From assembly GCF_963921235.1 (NCBI RefSeq), contig NC_086098.1:6076001-6140000 (forward strand): a stretch of DNA of 64,000 bases, in the 5' to 3' direction. The stretch's first letter is position 1. The number at the start of each line of letters is the position of its first letter. The notes under the pieces were generated by a model. The model saw only the letters and a program-made list of their open reading frames with translations, was not told the DNA's origin and did not search any database. A program made the translations under genes and the position numbers. This stretch comes from Mobula hypostoma. Its lineage: Eukaryota. Of the stretch, positions 34,651 through 48,404 are shown in pieces.

Positions 34651-37600
34651 ACTTCGTACTTTGTACTTTGGTAATAAATATATTTTGCCTTTGACTTTGA
34701 ACTCTGAAGATTCACCATCTTCAGTTGAAGTAATTTCTCCTCATCTCTTTTGTGAATGATCAGTGCCTTTTATTTGGTGATTACAATCTTTGTAATCCAG
34801 GAAAAATCACTGATTTTGCATCTACCCTGCAAAAATTATACAAGCACACCTCTCATTCTTCTAAACGTTAGAGGGGCTGGGCACATTCTGCCTAATCGCT
34901 CCACGTATGACAAACCTACCCTCTCAGGAATCCATTTGGCAAAATGTTACAATACTCCCCCTCTAACAAGTGTATCCTTCCTATTGTGGAGTTGTTGATA
35001 ATTTCCTAAAGCTTTGGCTTTAATTCAGCCTTCCTGGTGCATGTAAAATAGATAGACCAAGTTTCTGCTTTGTGCCCCTCCAGTTCGTCGAGGTCATTGA
35101 CATGGCCGAAGGAAAAAAGGAATGGTCATTGTGCTCTCTTGGCTGTCCCAGTGAAGATATTAAACTTCACAGATTAAAGTTCAAGGTAGATTTATTCTCA
35201 AAATACATATATGCCACCGTATGCTATATTGAAATGTATTTACTTGCAGGCATTTACAGTAGAACAAAGAAACACAAAAGAATCTATAAAAGCTACAAAG
35301 GCTGACAAATAACCAATGGACAAACAAAGACAGACTGCAAATGCAAAAAAGCACATAAATAAATAACCAAACAGATAGATGATAGATAGATAGGTAGACA
35401 GACAGCCAGACAAAGACACAAATAAATATATAATATCAAGAACAAGAGTTGCAGAGTCCTTGAAAGTGAGTCTATGGGTTGTGGGATCAGTTCAGAGTTG
35501 AGATGAGTGAAGTTATTCACAATGGTTCAGGAGCTTGACTTTTGAAGGGTAATAACTGTTCCTGGACCTAGTGGTGTGCGACCTAAGGCTCCTGCACCTC
35601 CTTTCCGATAGCAGCAGAAAGAAGAGAACATGGCTGGAATTGTGGGGGATCCCTGATGATGGCCAAATGTCTTTGTTGGTAAAAGTCCTTTCACTCAGTG
35701 CTAGCCCTCCCTAGAGACAGACCAACTGATATTGCTGGCGGTTTTCCTTCCAGAAACACCTAACGAGCCTTGTTTCTTGATGTAAATTTTCTTGCGGAAG
35801 GATTACTGATCAGAATCTGTGAAAAATTGGAATCTGTTACCCGACTGTGTGCCAGTATTGCTGCCTTGCCTGGCTATATACACCAGCTGCTCCCGTAGTA
35901 GATATGCTTGAAGAGTAAAAGATTAATTTTCATGAAATCCGCAGTAAACAAAGCTCCCAATCAAATGAGAGCTCACGATTTCTTAATTACCTGCTGATGC
36001 TCCAGTCTGCATCTACTGTATTCACTTAAAGCTAGTTGCTTCAGGGCTGCACTCTAAAATCATCCTGCCAGCATACAGCATCCATTTTGCATGGGATTTA
36101 TACTAATTGCTACTCTAAAGTGTTTTAGCTGACCTACAAAACTCTCATGTAAATACCTCTCTAGACCATTGATGATCATAAATCATTTTAATGTGCATAA
36201 AAGTGCAGCTTGCAACATACAAATGAGCCTCACTAAGTTTCTGATTGTGTTACTATCTGGTAGAAACTGCAACCCATCATCTCCCAAAATCTGCTAACTG
36301 AGAATTTGGCTGAATTAATTCATTTGGACAGAAATCTACGTGGGTCAAGACCAGAATCCCACAGTTTGGGTCCCAAATTTCATTAACACTTTGTATATTG
36401 ATTGTCAGTGTCAGGTCACATGGCTACAACCTATGCATTTGAGTTGCTGAATTATCAGTGCGGTTGACTTAGCGCAGGGCTGAATCAGAAAGGTCAGATA
36501 CAGGCTGAATCGAGGCAGTGAGGTCCAGGCACCAGAGCGTATTGAGGTAACGGAACCTGATGTTTGGACAATGATTCAGGCACCAGACCAGCCTGGAAAA
36601 GGGTGTCAGGGCCCCCAGTTCAGCTTACAGCTCCACGACATTTACTAGGCTCTTTTTATAAACTATGGGTCCTGGGCTCTCATTGTGGATTTCAGTTCAG
36701 AATGCTATTTGCTTATGGTTATTGTTATATAATTTGTTTTTTTTTCTCTCTGCACATCGGGTGTTTGTCGATCTTTTTTTTTTGTAGCTTGCTTTGGGTT
36801 TTATTGTTCCATGGCTGCCTGTTAGGAGACGAATCTCACAGTTGCATAATGTATACATACTTTGATAATCAATGTACTTTGAACTTCGAACTTTCAACTC
36901 ATTGGCATCAATTGGACCAGGCAGATTGGGGGTGGGGGGGGGTTTCAAGGGGTGACATCATAGCATAAAAGTTGGTGGGTTCAATTTTGCTGCTGTTTGT
37001 AAGGAGATTGTACATTCTCCCCATGAACTAACATCCCCTGGGTGCTCCAGTTCCCTCTCACACTTCAAGGGGAGCAGGTTAGTAGGTTAATTGGTCACAT
37101 AGGTGTAACTTGATGGCGTGGGCTCGTTAGGCACAGTGTCACAGGGTTAGTAATCAGGGTTCAATTCCTCCACTAACTGTACAGAGTTTGTACATTCTCC
37201 CTGTGTCTGCACGGGTTTCCTCCAGTTTCATAGAACATAAACACTGGATGACAGAGAGGGTCATGACGGATGGAAGTGTTAGATTGATCGTAGAGCTGAA
37301 TAAGGGGTTAGCATAATACTGTGGGCTGAAGGGCCTGCACTGTGCGATACCATTCTATGTTCTATGCTCGATAAAACTTGAGCACCCGAAGGAAACACAC
37401 ATGGTCATAGGGAGAATGTACAAACTCCTTACAGATAGTGACAGAAATTAACCTCATTCACTGACACTGCAATAATGTTGTGCTAACTGCTAAAATACTG
37501 CAAGGTTGCCGCCAGATGCGGCTGAAGGCATGGGGAGGAACTAAACGCTACATTACCATGTCACCACTTGGCCTCTCCTGCACTGTTGTACATAGTTGTC

Positions 37601-37974
37601 AAGACTTCCTGCAAAGTTACCCTCACTGTATCATTTAACCAATATCTCAGATGCTTTTATACCACATGATCTGCTTTCTGCAAGGAAACACTTCAGAAGG
37701 GGCTATATAAAAGCACACTGTGATTTGTAGATAAATCCACAAGGTAATTGGATAATGCACTCTGTCAAAAAAAGACTAGTTGAGAGTCTAAATGCATCCT
37801 ACAGTTCTCCAGTGAGCAATCTACAACAAACAGTTTGCTTAGAAATGTACTCCACTAACCCGAATACGTCAAAAAAAAGACAATTTTTAGGAGAACTTAC
37901 GGATCTTGTCAAAATGTAGTGTACGTGACAAATATTGACAAGGAGAAAATACAAATAGAAATGTCAAAAGTTTT

Positions 37975-39035
37975 CTGGGCCTGTACTCACTGGAGTTTAG
38001 AAAAATAAGTAGGAAATTTCTTTGAAACCAATCGAACAATGAAAGGCCTAGAGGGAGTGGATATGGAGAGGATGTTTCCTGTAATGTGAGAGTCAAGGAC
38101 CAGGGCACAGACCCTCAGAATAGTGGGTCATTCATATGAAACAGAGATGAGGAGGAATTTCTTCAGCCAGAGGGTGGTGAAATTGTGAAGTTCATTGTCA
38201 CAGACGGCTGTGGAGGCCAAGTCATTGGGCATATTTAAAATGGAGGTTGATAGATTCTTGATTAGTAAGGGTATTAAAGATTACAGGTAGAAGGCAGGAC
38301 AATAGGGTTGAGAGGGATAATAAAGGGGAACTGAGTATAAGAGCAAAGAGGTCCTTCTGCAGCTGTACAGGACCCTGGTGAGACCACACCTGGAGTACTG
38401 TGTGCAGTTTTGGTCTCCAAATTTGAGGAAGGACATTCTTGCTACTGAGGGAGTGCGGCGTAGGTTCACAAGGTTAATTCCCGGGATGGCGGGACTGTCA
38501 TACGTTGAAAGATTGGAGCGACTGGGCTTGTATACTCTGGAATTTAGAAGGCTGAGAGGGGATCTTATTGAAACCTATAAGATTATTAAGGGATTGGACA
38601 CGCTGGAGGCAGGAAGCATGTTCCCGCTGATGGGTGAGTCCAGAACCAGAGGCCACAGTTTAAGAATTAGGGGTAGGCCATTTAGAACGGAGTTGAGGAA
38701 AAACTTTTTCACCCAGAGAGTGGTGGATATATGGAATGCTCTGCCCCAGAAGGCTGTGGAGGCCAAGTCTCTGGATGCTTTCAAGAAAGAAATGGATAGA
38801 GCTCTTAAAGATAGTAGAATCAAAGGTTATGGGGATAAGGCAGGAACTGGATACTGATTGTGGATGATCAGCCATGATCACAGTGAATGGTGGTGCTGGC
38901 TCGAAGGGCCGAATGGTCTACTCCTGCACCTATTGTCTATTGTCTATAAATCAGCTGTGATGGAATGGCAGGGCAGTCTCAATGGACTGAATGGCCTAAT
39001 TCTGCTCCTCTATGTTATCACCCTATGGTCTTACC
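37975..39035 (+). mobile_element. Old CR1 3' fragment hosting a young CR1
   Basis: Degenerate GLYSLEFR...FFSQRVV. The 3' UTR resumes at 38951. Confidence 0.75.
38325..38945 (+). mobile_element. Young CR1 3' fragment (same subfamily as 5526-6255)
   Basis: Open ORF 38378-38857, (CTATTGT)n tail and TSD ATAAA. Confidence 0.92.
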
Positions 39036-39990
39036 TGATCGATCCGAGCCTTGTTAATGAATGAATGAACAGAATAATATGAATACTTTCTTACAATAGC
39101 CAAGAAATTGAAATGTACATTGGCTTTGGTATTGGAATTGGTTTATTGTTGTCTCATGTACTGTGAAGCACTGAAGAGCTAGTCTTGCATGGTGTTCATA
39201 CAGGTCACATCATTAACACAGTGCATTGAGATAGAACAAGAACACAATGCAGAATAAAGTGTAGCAGCTACAGAGGAAGTGCAGTGCAGGTGGACAATGA
39301 AGGGCAAGATCATTGTGATGTCAAGAGTCCTTCTTGTCTGGTGATAGTGGGATTTCAAGCTATCTTTGTGCCTGGTAGTGCATGCTTTCAGGCTTTTGTA
39401 ACTTCTGCCTGATGTGAGTGGGACAGAGTCCATAGAGGGGAGGCAGGTTCCTGTAAGCTGTGTCCACTACTCTCTGTATTTTTTTACAGTCACGGGCAGA
39501 GCAGTTACCGTACCGAGTCATTATGCATCCAAATAGAATACATCAATAAAAATGATTGAGGCTTTTAATAGAAAGCATGAGGTTATTAAAAATCAAAAGA
39601 TTCTTCTTACTTTATAAAACAAACATTTCCTTAGCTTTTGTGGAGTGACTGAAGGAAAGTACAAATTTCAAAACAAGGTCGGGTTTGGTGGGGAAGAGAA
39701 GGGTCCTGATGTGATGAAGTGCTGGTGAGTGGAAGCCCAATTATGGCCCATAGGAACAGAGCGAGGCCATTTCAACCATCAAGTCTGTTCCATTAGTTGT
39801 ATGAAAGAGCCTGGAAAGAGTTTTGTTACCTCAGGCAGAGAGTGCGTCATGTTGCTAGAGTTCGGTATTTTGTATGAAGTGGGTGGCAATAAGGAGAGTT
39901 AGGAGCTTGTGGATTAGTGTGTGGAATTATTATTTTTCTTGTAGTTTAACCTTTCCTATGCTTAGTTATACTTTTATATGATCATTTGTA

Positions 39991-40041
39991 CACAGCACTG
40001 TGCAAAAGTCTTAGGCACCTGTGCAATATATATATATATAC

Positions 40042-40106
<65 letters not shown>

Positions 40107-40137
40107 TGTGTGTATCTAAGACTTTTGCACAGCATTG
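39991..40137. mobile_element. MITE (Tc1/mariner-like TIRs) inserted in the Gypsy LTR end
   Basis: Inverted repeats ctgtgcaaaagtcttag / ctaagacttttgcacag enclosing (TA)n and (TG)n. Confidence 0.75.
40027..40113. repeat. Compound (TA)n(TG)n microsatellite
   Basis: Directly visible. Confidence 0.95.
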
Positions 40138-43100
40138 TGTCTGTACAACTACATATCAAATAAATGCACTTGGAGAAGAATTTAACTTGTATATTCATTT
40201 TGCAGAGAGAACAACAAATCAATGTGCGTTGGTAAGTAATCAGTCAATAATTAGTGCGAAGGGGAGACGTTACTCTCAAACAAATAGATCTATCATTACA
40301 ATTCATCCCCCATGAGATTGATGTAACATAAAATGGTATATAATTTTCCTTTAACAGACCATATTCAAATAAACATGCTTTCACAATAACAGTTCATAAC
40401 TAACTTGACTATACTAAAGATTGGGAGGCAGTCTGTTTATTTCAGGATAGCACCTTTAGACCTGTGGAGTGGCATTAGATTTGGCCAGTGTCTTGTCAAT
40501 GACAACCTCCTCTGTTGCTAGTGTCATATTGCTGTCAGTGATGTTATCGTCACCGAGAAGTAAGTCCTGTGGCTGTAATCTATCCATCTTGTTGGATGCA
40601 ATTGACTCAGGTGTGTCCTTCGGCTGATCATCCAGTATCTGGTCCACATGACGTCTCTATATATGATCTACAGAATCCACCAGGACTTATATCCAACCTC
40701 GAAGCTCCTTGCTGCTCCACTCAGCAGCTGGCTGATCCGTTTATTCCGCACTTCCCTCTGTAGATCTGGTTTCAGGAGGTCCATGCGAGATCTTAGATTC
40801 CTGTTCATGAACAGCATTGCAGGTGTTTGATTTGTCATCGCATGAACAGAGTTCCAATACACAAAAGGGAAGTTCTCCACCTTGTGCTGTAGAGAAATGT
40901 CCTCCTTGTCCATTGCTTTAATGGACTTCTTAAAAGTTTGGATAAACCTTTCAGCCAACCCATTCATTGCTGGGTGGTGAGCAACTGAGTTGAAATGTCT
41001 GATGCCATTTTCCTTCATAAATAATCTGAACTCTTCTGTCGTGTATTGTAGTCCATTATCACTCACAATTTGCTATAGTAAGCCAATTCTGGCAAAGATA
41101 GTCCTCAGCGCAGAAACAGTCTTGTCTGATGTGGTTGAGCTCATTAGTATGATGTCCGGCCATTTTGAGTGAACCTCCACAGCAATCAAAAAAATGGTGT
41201 TTATGAATGGCCCAGCAAAGTCAATATGCACTCTTTGCTTATGGTGAAGCTGGCCACTCCCATGGGTGTAAAGGTGCATGTGGGGTGCATTTTGAACTTT
41301 GTGGCACTCCCAGCAGCTTTTAGCAAGTCTTCAATCTGCCTATCTATTCCCGGCCTCCACACGTAGCTCCGGGCAAGGCTCGTCATCTTGATGGTACCCA
41401 GCTGTCTTCCTGCAGGTTTTCTAACACTCTTCTGTGAACTTTAGAAGGAACCACAGCACAAGATCCACGCGTCTACGTTCTCTGACATACAAACAGTTAG
41501 ACTTGTCTCACTGAGAACTCTGCAACTATAGGATTACTATGAGCTGGCTATCCTTGCATGGTGATGTCATAGACTTTTGACAATGTGGGGTCATTCCTTG
41601 TTTCCTTTTGTATTTCAGAATTTGTTACCAGTAACTGGTCCACCAATACTGTGCGAAACACTTCTGCTGGGTCACAGAATAAAAGCTTTTCTTCTTCTAT
41701 TGTCACCAGTGGAAGATGTGATAAGCCTTCAGCATTGCTGCGTTGTTTGGTACCATGAACCCCATGTCATAAGGGTAGGCTCCTCGGAAAAGTGCTCAAT
41801 GTTGCCACCAGGTGACAGACATCATTGAGATTCCTTTCCTGGGATTGAAAATGGACACGAGGGGCTGGTTGTCTGTCACTTGAGTAATTTTTTGTCCATA
41901 GATATAGTGCTGGAACTTTCATGCATAGTTATGTTTTGCATTCATCAGTGATCTGCAAGCAAATACAATCCAATCTTCAGATCTATCTTTCATAGTGAGT
42001 GACAAAATGGCAACAATGCCATAAGGGGATGTGTCATATACCTGTCTGATAGTCAGAAATTGGTCATAATGGGGGAGCTTTATGTTTCCTTTGTTTCCTT
42101 GAATGTTCTTTCACATCTTTCTGACCACTCCCATTTTGCTCCTGTCTGCAATAGGACTGTAGCAAGATTTGGGAGAAACTTGTGGTAGTAGTTTACAAGG
42201 CCCTAGGATGAATTGAGTTGGAACACATTTTCCAATTTGCTTCAGTGTTCTCTTGTGACTCATGTAAGCCATGCTTGTCAATAACATGTCATCAATATGA
42301 GATCTCATTCTTGAAAAACTCACATTTCTCTCTCTTTGTGTTCAAACCATACTCACTCAGCCTGGTAAGCACATTACCAAGGTTCTGGAGGTGCTCTTCA
42401 TCACTCTTGCCAGTCACAATGATGTCATCAATGTGTTCCTGGGATATCTTGGATCACTTGGTCCATTGTTCTTTGCCAAGTTGCTGGAGCTGATGCAATG
42501 TCAAAGACAGGATGATTATACTGGAACAGACCCTTGTGAGTGTTGATTGTGAGGAACTTCCTGCTTGACTCCTCGATCTCCATTTGCAGATAGGCTTGTG
42601 ACAAGTCAATCTTTGAAAACCTCTGCCTGCCTGCCACAGACACAAAACTGTCTATTTCCAGTAGGGGATACTGCACAGTATGCAGCCCTGGGTTGATGCT
42701 CACCTTGAAGTCCCCACATATGTGAGCATGCAGTGCAATTCAGACCTTTGTGCCTTTGAGTTTACCAATACCCTTCTCAAACACCTTCTCATTAGCACTA
42801 AACAGCTGTGACAGTCTTTGGTTAGTGTTACTGCTTGGGCTGCAGTTGTCTGTTAATGACACATTGTGAGCTTTGATTGTGTACCCTCTAGTTGGATTTT
42901 TCTCTCCCATTCATGTCCGAAAAGTGCTGTCCCTTCACTTTTTAACACATAAATCTCTAACTGCTGTGTGTTGTCTCTATACATCACATTCACTTCTAGT
43001 TTGCCTTTGGGAGGAACTTTTTCACTTGTGTAGGTCTTTAGCTTCACTGAGATCATTTCTAAAGGTAGCTGAGAAAACAATCTGTTGCAATCAGCCTCTG

Positions 43101-45120
43101 AAATTGCAGACAAGCTGACCCTGTGTCCAGCTCCATTTTCAGTTTTACACCAGACACATCTGTTGTGATTGATATGATTTTGTGATCAGTAATGCTATGC
43201 ATTACTGTCTTGACAGCTCACCATTGTCAGACTCAATGTGGTCTGATTCAGTTTCACATTCAGTCACTTTATGCATTTGTTTTTATTTGTTTGAAACTCT
43301 TCACTCTGTTTTTTTTTCTCTTTGGTTGTGCTTTTTGACTTACACACTCTCTGTATGTGGCCTTGTTTGTGACACTTTCTGTAAACTTTTTCTTTGAACC
43401 AACAGTCATTTGCATCAGGGGAAGATTTGACACATTTATAACAGTGTTAGCTTTTTGCACCATTCAGGGAATTTTTGTCTGTTTCACATTCTAAATTCTT
43501 TGTCTGTAATTCTGATGCATCTTTTGCTACAGTCTCTAATGCCTGTTCTAAGTTTAGGTCTCTTTCCGACAGTAGCCTCTTTTGAATGCTTTGATTATGC
43601 CTGCTTCATACAAGCCTGTGCATTAATGCATCAGAAAGTCCACCTCCAAGGTCACAGTATTGAGAAAGTTTGCACAGTTTTGCAATGTATTCAGAAATGC
43701 TTTCATCCTTTGACTGTTTCCTTTTGTGAAATCTAAATCTCTCACTGTTACTAGCTTTTTTGGACTCAGGTGTTTTTGCAAATTTGCAATGATTTTGTCG
43801 AATGTCTTGCTTGTTGGCATTTCAAGAATTACTAAATTGTGTAAGAGATTATACATTCCAGCACCTATTAAGCTAAGAAGTGTGGAGACTTTCTTTATCT
43901 CAGTCACATCATTAGCATTAAAATACAGTTTAACCTTCTCAATGTATAATTCCCAGTCCTCATTAGCACTATCAAATTCATCAACTTTCCCAACTAAGGC
44001 CATTGTCACATTACTTTACTGTAGTTTTCTTAGCGGAGCATCTCTCACTGTGCACTGTTACTCACACGTCCTTTTCTAGCGTCCAAGACCACCTTCTCCG
44101 TCACCGTACAGGTTCACTTTGCTCTTTCCTCTCGCTGCCTCTCTCCCTTCCTCTGAGTTCTGTCGTCTCGTAACTGTCAGTGCAGTCTGTGATATTCGCT
44201 GACACTCAGGTTGGTACTCATCGCCAATCTGTAGTGTCTGTACAACTACATATCAAATAAATAAAGGCATGCACTTGGAGAAGAAGGTAACATGTACTGT
44301 ATATTCCTTTTGCAGAGAGACCAACAAATCAATGCACATGCGTAAGGTATCAGTCAATAATCAGTGCTAGGGGAGTCATTGCGCTAAAAGAAATAGATCC
44401 CTACATTACACACTGTCCTGTATATATAGTTCTGATTGTAATTTATAGTTTTTTATGTTTTGTATTGCACTGCACTGTTGTCATAAAACAATATATTTCA
44501 CAACATAATGTCAGTGATATTAACTCTGATTCTGATACAGAAATTACATCGGATAAATTTCACTCACACCATGCTGCAGTTTCCGGATTTCTGCTAAGTG
44601 ACCTGGAAATACTTACCATTGGCTACTTATGCATCAAGGTTAATCCCAGCCATTTCAGACCGTTGAATTCACTTTATTTCCCAATGCCGCAATTTCATCC
44701 CAAACAATTACTGCCTTTCAGGTGGAAACGTGCTCCTAACGTCCAACGTATATCTCCAGGGTTTTGGAAATTAGCCCAGAGGAATTCTGTTGATCACCTT
44801 TCCCAATTTCCAAATTTCAGTTAGGTCCAGTTGAAACACGTCTCCTGAAGGTTCGGCCAGTGTTTTGGAAAATCCCTTCATAATTCAGCTAATAGCTTCC
44901 TGTGACGACATGAACAGATGTGTCTTACTATCAAAGTTCCAGTCAATGTAATCCTTCGGTCAGTGAAATTTGACATCCATCCACAAGCCTAGCAGCGGTT
45001 GTTAAAGGCCACTGGACACCTTGAGTGAGGCTCATACAGGAAATTGATACGAGTCAGGACCACAAGAGTTTGTGCAGATGCTGGGAATCCAGCGCAACAC
45101 ACACAGAATGCTGGACGAAC

Positions 45121-47275
45121 TAGAAGACCATAAGAGACAGGAGCAGAATTAGAACATCCAGCCCATTGAGTCTGCTCCACCATTTCACCATGGCTAATCC
45201 ATTTTCCCTCTCAACCCCTGCTCCTTCCTCCTCCCCATAACATTTCACACCCTGACTAATCATGAGCCTATTGAGGGAGTGCAGCATAGGTTCACAAGGT
45301 TAATTCCCGGGATGGCGGGACTGTCATATGTCGAAAGATTGGAGCGACTGGGCTTGTATACACTGGAATTTAGAAGGATGAGAGGGGATCTTATTGAAAC
45401 ATATAAGATTATTAAGAGATTGGACACGCTGGAGGAGGAAGCATGTTCCTGCTGTTGGGTGAGTCCAGAACCAGAGGCCACAGTTTAAGAATTAGGGGTA
45501 GGCCATTTAGAACGGAGTTGAGGAAAAACTTTTTCACCCAGAGAGTGGTGGATATATGGAATGCTCTGCCCCAGAAGGCTGTGGAGGCCACGTCTCTGGA
45601 TGCTTTCAAGAAAGAGATGGATAGAGCTCTTAAAGATAGCAGAATCAAAGGTCATGGGGATAAGGCAGGAACTGGATACTGATTGTGGATGATCAGCCAT
45701 GATCACAGTGAATGGCGGTGCTGGCTCGAAGGGCTGAATGGCCTACTCCTGCACCTATTGTCTATTGTCTATTAGTGTACACCTTAAATACACACAATAA
45801 CTTGGCCTCCACAGCCGACTGCAGCAACAAATTCCAGAGATTCATCACCCTTTGACTAAAGAAATTCTTCCTCCTCTCTATTCTAAATTCCTTCTATTCC
45901 CTCTGTTCTGAGGCTGTGTTCCCTGGTCCTGAACTCCCTCACTCTAGGAAACATCCCCTTCACATCCATCCTATCTAGGCCTTTCAACATATGATAGGTT
46001 TCAATGAGATCTCCCCTCTTTCTTCTCAATTTCAGTGAGTGCAGGCGCAGACCAATCAAATACTCCTCATGCATTAACTCTTTCATTCCCAGAACCATTC
46101 TCATGAGCCTCCTCTGAACCCTCTTCAATGTCAGCACATCCTTTTTTAGATAAGGGACTTTAAGTGAGGCCTCACCAGTGCCTTATAAAGCCTCAGCATT
46201 ATAACCTTGCTTTTATATACTAGCACTCTCAAAATTGATGCTAACATCTCATTTGCCTCCTCACTTCTGGCTCAGCCTACGAATTAACCCTTAGGAATCT
46301 TGGCTGAGGATTCCCAAGTCCTTTTGCACCTCAGATTTTTGAATTGTCTGCCTGTTTAGAAAATAGTCTATGCTTTTGTTCCTTCGACCAAAATGTATGA
46401 CCATATACTTCCCGATACTGTATTCTATCGGCCAGTTGTTTCCCCATTTTCCTAATATGTCTTAGTCCTGCAGCCTCCCTCTTTCCTCAACACTTTCTGC
46501 CCCTCTACCTAGCTTCATATCATCTGCAAACTTGGCCACGGAGCCATGAACTCACTAAATCACTGACATATTACGTAAAAGAATTGGTAAACTCCTCTAG
46601 ATCACCACTAGTCACCGGCAGCCAGCCAGAAAAGGCTCCCTTTATTCCCACTCTTTGCCTCCTGCCAATCAGTCAAGGCTTTAGGCTCTATCCATGATAG
46701 AATCTTTTCTATAATACCGTGGACTCTTGTCTTTTTAAGCAGCCACATGTGTGGCACCTTGTCAAAGGTCTTCTGAAAATCCAGGTACACAATGTCCACC
46801 AATTCTTCTTTGTCTTTCCTGCCTATTATTTTCTCAAAGAATTCAGATTTGTCGGGCAAGGTTTTCCCTTGAGGAAAACATGTTGACTATAGCGTATTTT
46901 ATCATGTGACTTCAAGTACCCTGAGACCTCATTCTTAACAGTCGACTCCAACATCTTCCAAACCACTGAGGTCAGGCTAACTGGTCTATAATTTCCTTTC
47001 TTCTGCCTTTCTCACTTTCTTGAAGGGTTGAGTGATATTTGCAGTTTTCCAGTCTTCCAGAACCATGCTGTAATCTAGTGATTCTTGTAAGATCATTATT
47101 AATGCCTCCACAATCTCTTGAGCTACTTCTTTTGGAACACTGGGATGTAGTCTATCTGGTCTAGGTGACTTTCAGACTTTTCTGGGTGACTAGATACTTT
47201 CAAACCTGCAGCTTTGGAAGCACCTTCTCCCTAGCAATAGCAATTGCAGTCACTTCTGCCTTTGACACTCTCAAA
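45121..47275 (-). mobile_element. Old CR1 (RT to 3' UTR) hosting a young CR1
   Basis: VYLDFQKTFDKVPH, LTLKRVQRR and the 3' UTR at 45121-45267. Confidence 0.85.
45268..45773 (+). mobile_element. Young CR1 3' fragment (CTATTGT tail)
   Basis: Near-identical to 5748-6255, with CTATT at both junctions. Confidence 0.9.
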
Positions 47276-47644
47276 ATTGCAAACTTTTCCTTTCTTAGCT
47301 CAGTCAAAGAAGCCTCAGCGGAACAAATAAAAGGGAATTTTAAAAATCCCGAAGGAAGCCGACATCACTAAGGAGGACAAACACAGAATGAAATATCTCA
47401 GAATGAGCATTAGAACAAACCGAGAAATTTTACTTGATAAAACGCTGATCTGATGAAATGTCATTATGTTAATTTTGATTTTGTTTTCACAGATTCTGCC
47501 TGCTATTTCTGCTTTAACTTAAGGTATTGTCTGAAATTTTGCTTTTGAGTTGTATTACTAGCCAAGCCAAACGTCTAAGGGCATTGGAGAAATTCTCTGC
47601 TTTCAAAAATGTAAGCATGTATTAAAATGACATTATCCAATAAT

Positions 47645-48000
47645 CATAAGGCACAGAAGCAAAATTAGGCCATTCAGCCCATTAAATCTGCTCCACCATT
47701 CCATTATGGCTGAGCCTGTCAACCCCATTCTCCTGCCTTCACCCAGTGACCTTTGACACCATTACTAATCAAGAATCTATCAACCTCCAGATTAAATGTA
47801 CCCAGTGACATGGCCTCCACAGCTGTCTATGGCAATGAATTCCACAGACTCGCCACCCTTTGGTTAAAGAAATTCCTCTCACCTCTGTTCTGAATGGATG
47901 TCCCTCTCTTCTGAGGCTGTGCCCTCTGGTCCCAGACATTCCCCTATAGGAAATATCCTCTTCACATCCACTCTGTCTACACATTCCAATACTCATTATA
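47645..48000 (-). mobile_element. CR1 3' end
   Basis: TRGHSLRREGHPFRTEVR and 3' UTR. Confidence 0.75.
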
Positions 48001-48404
48001 TTTCAATGCAATTCCTTGCTCTTTCACAAATGAGGAGTGTTTCATGGCTCTGGGCCTGAACTTACTGGAGTTTAGAAGAATGGTTGGGGAAGGTGAGGAA
48101 TCTCATTGAAAGGCAGAAATCGAGTGAATGTGGAGAGGATACTTTGCATGTCTTCCATTCTGATCATCAGTACATAGAGATGGTACTAGGGGAGACAATA
48201 GCAGAATTCAGAATTACAATGTCATTTTTAGGAGATGGAGCTCCCATTCTGCTGTATTTTATGGAACACTCTTTCCTGTTCGTTCTGTTTTTCAGATTTC
48301 TGCCCTCACACTATCTTAGACCATAAGACAAAGGAGCAGAAGTCAGCCATTCGGCCCATCGAGTCTGCTGCACCATTTTATCATGAGCTGATCCATTCTC
48401 CCAT

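Larger units (their letters stand above)
39987..44410 (-). mobile_element. Full-length decayed Gypsy/Ty3 LTR retrotransposon (Mag-like)
   Basis: LTRs at 39987-40300 and 44230-44410. PBS TGGCGATGAG (tRNA-Ser GCU-like) and PPT at about 40301-40312. gag VGKVDEFDSANEDW, protease LDTGSA, RT FSKIDLSQAYLQ and IDDIIV, integrase RVHIDFAGPF, SDNG and NGLAERF. TSD catt/cact. Confidence 0.92.

Noticed and set aside
39974..40315. ORFs with HT/CV repeats
   Set aside because: Translation of the (TG)n microsatellite.
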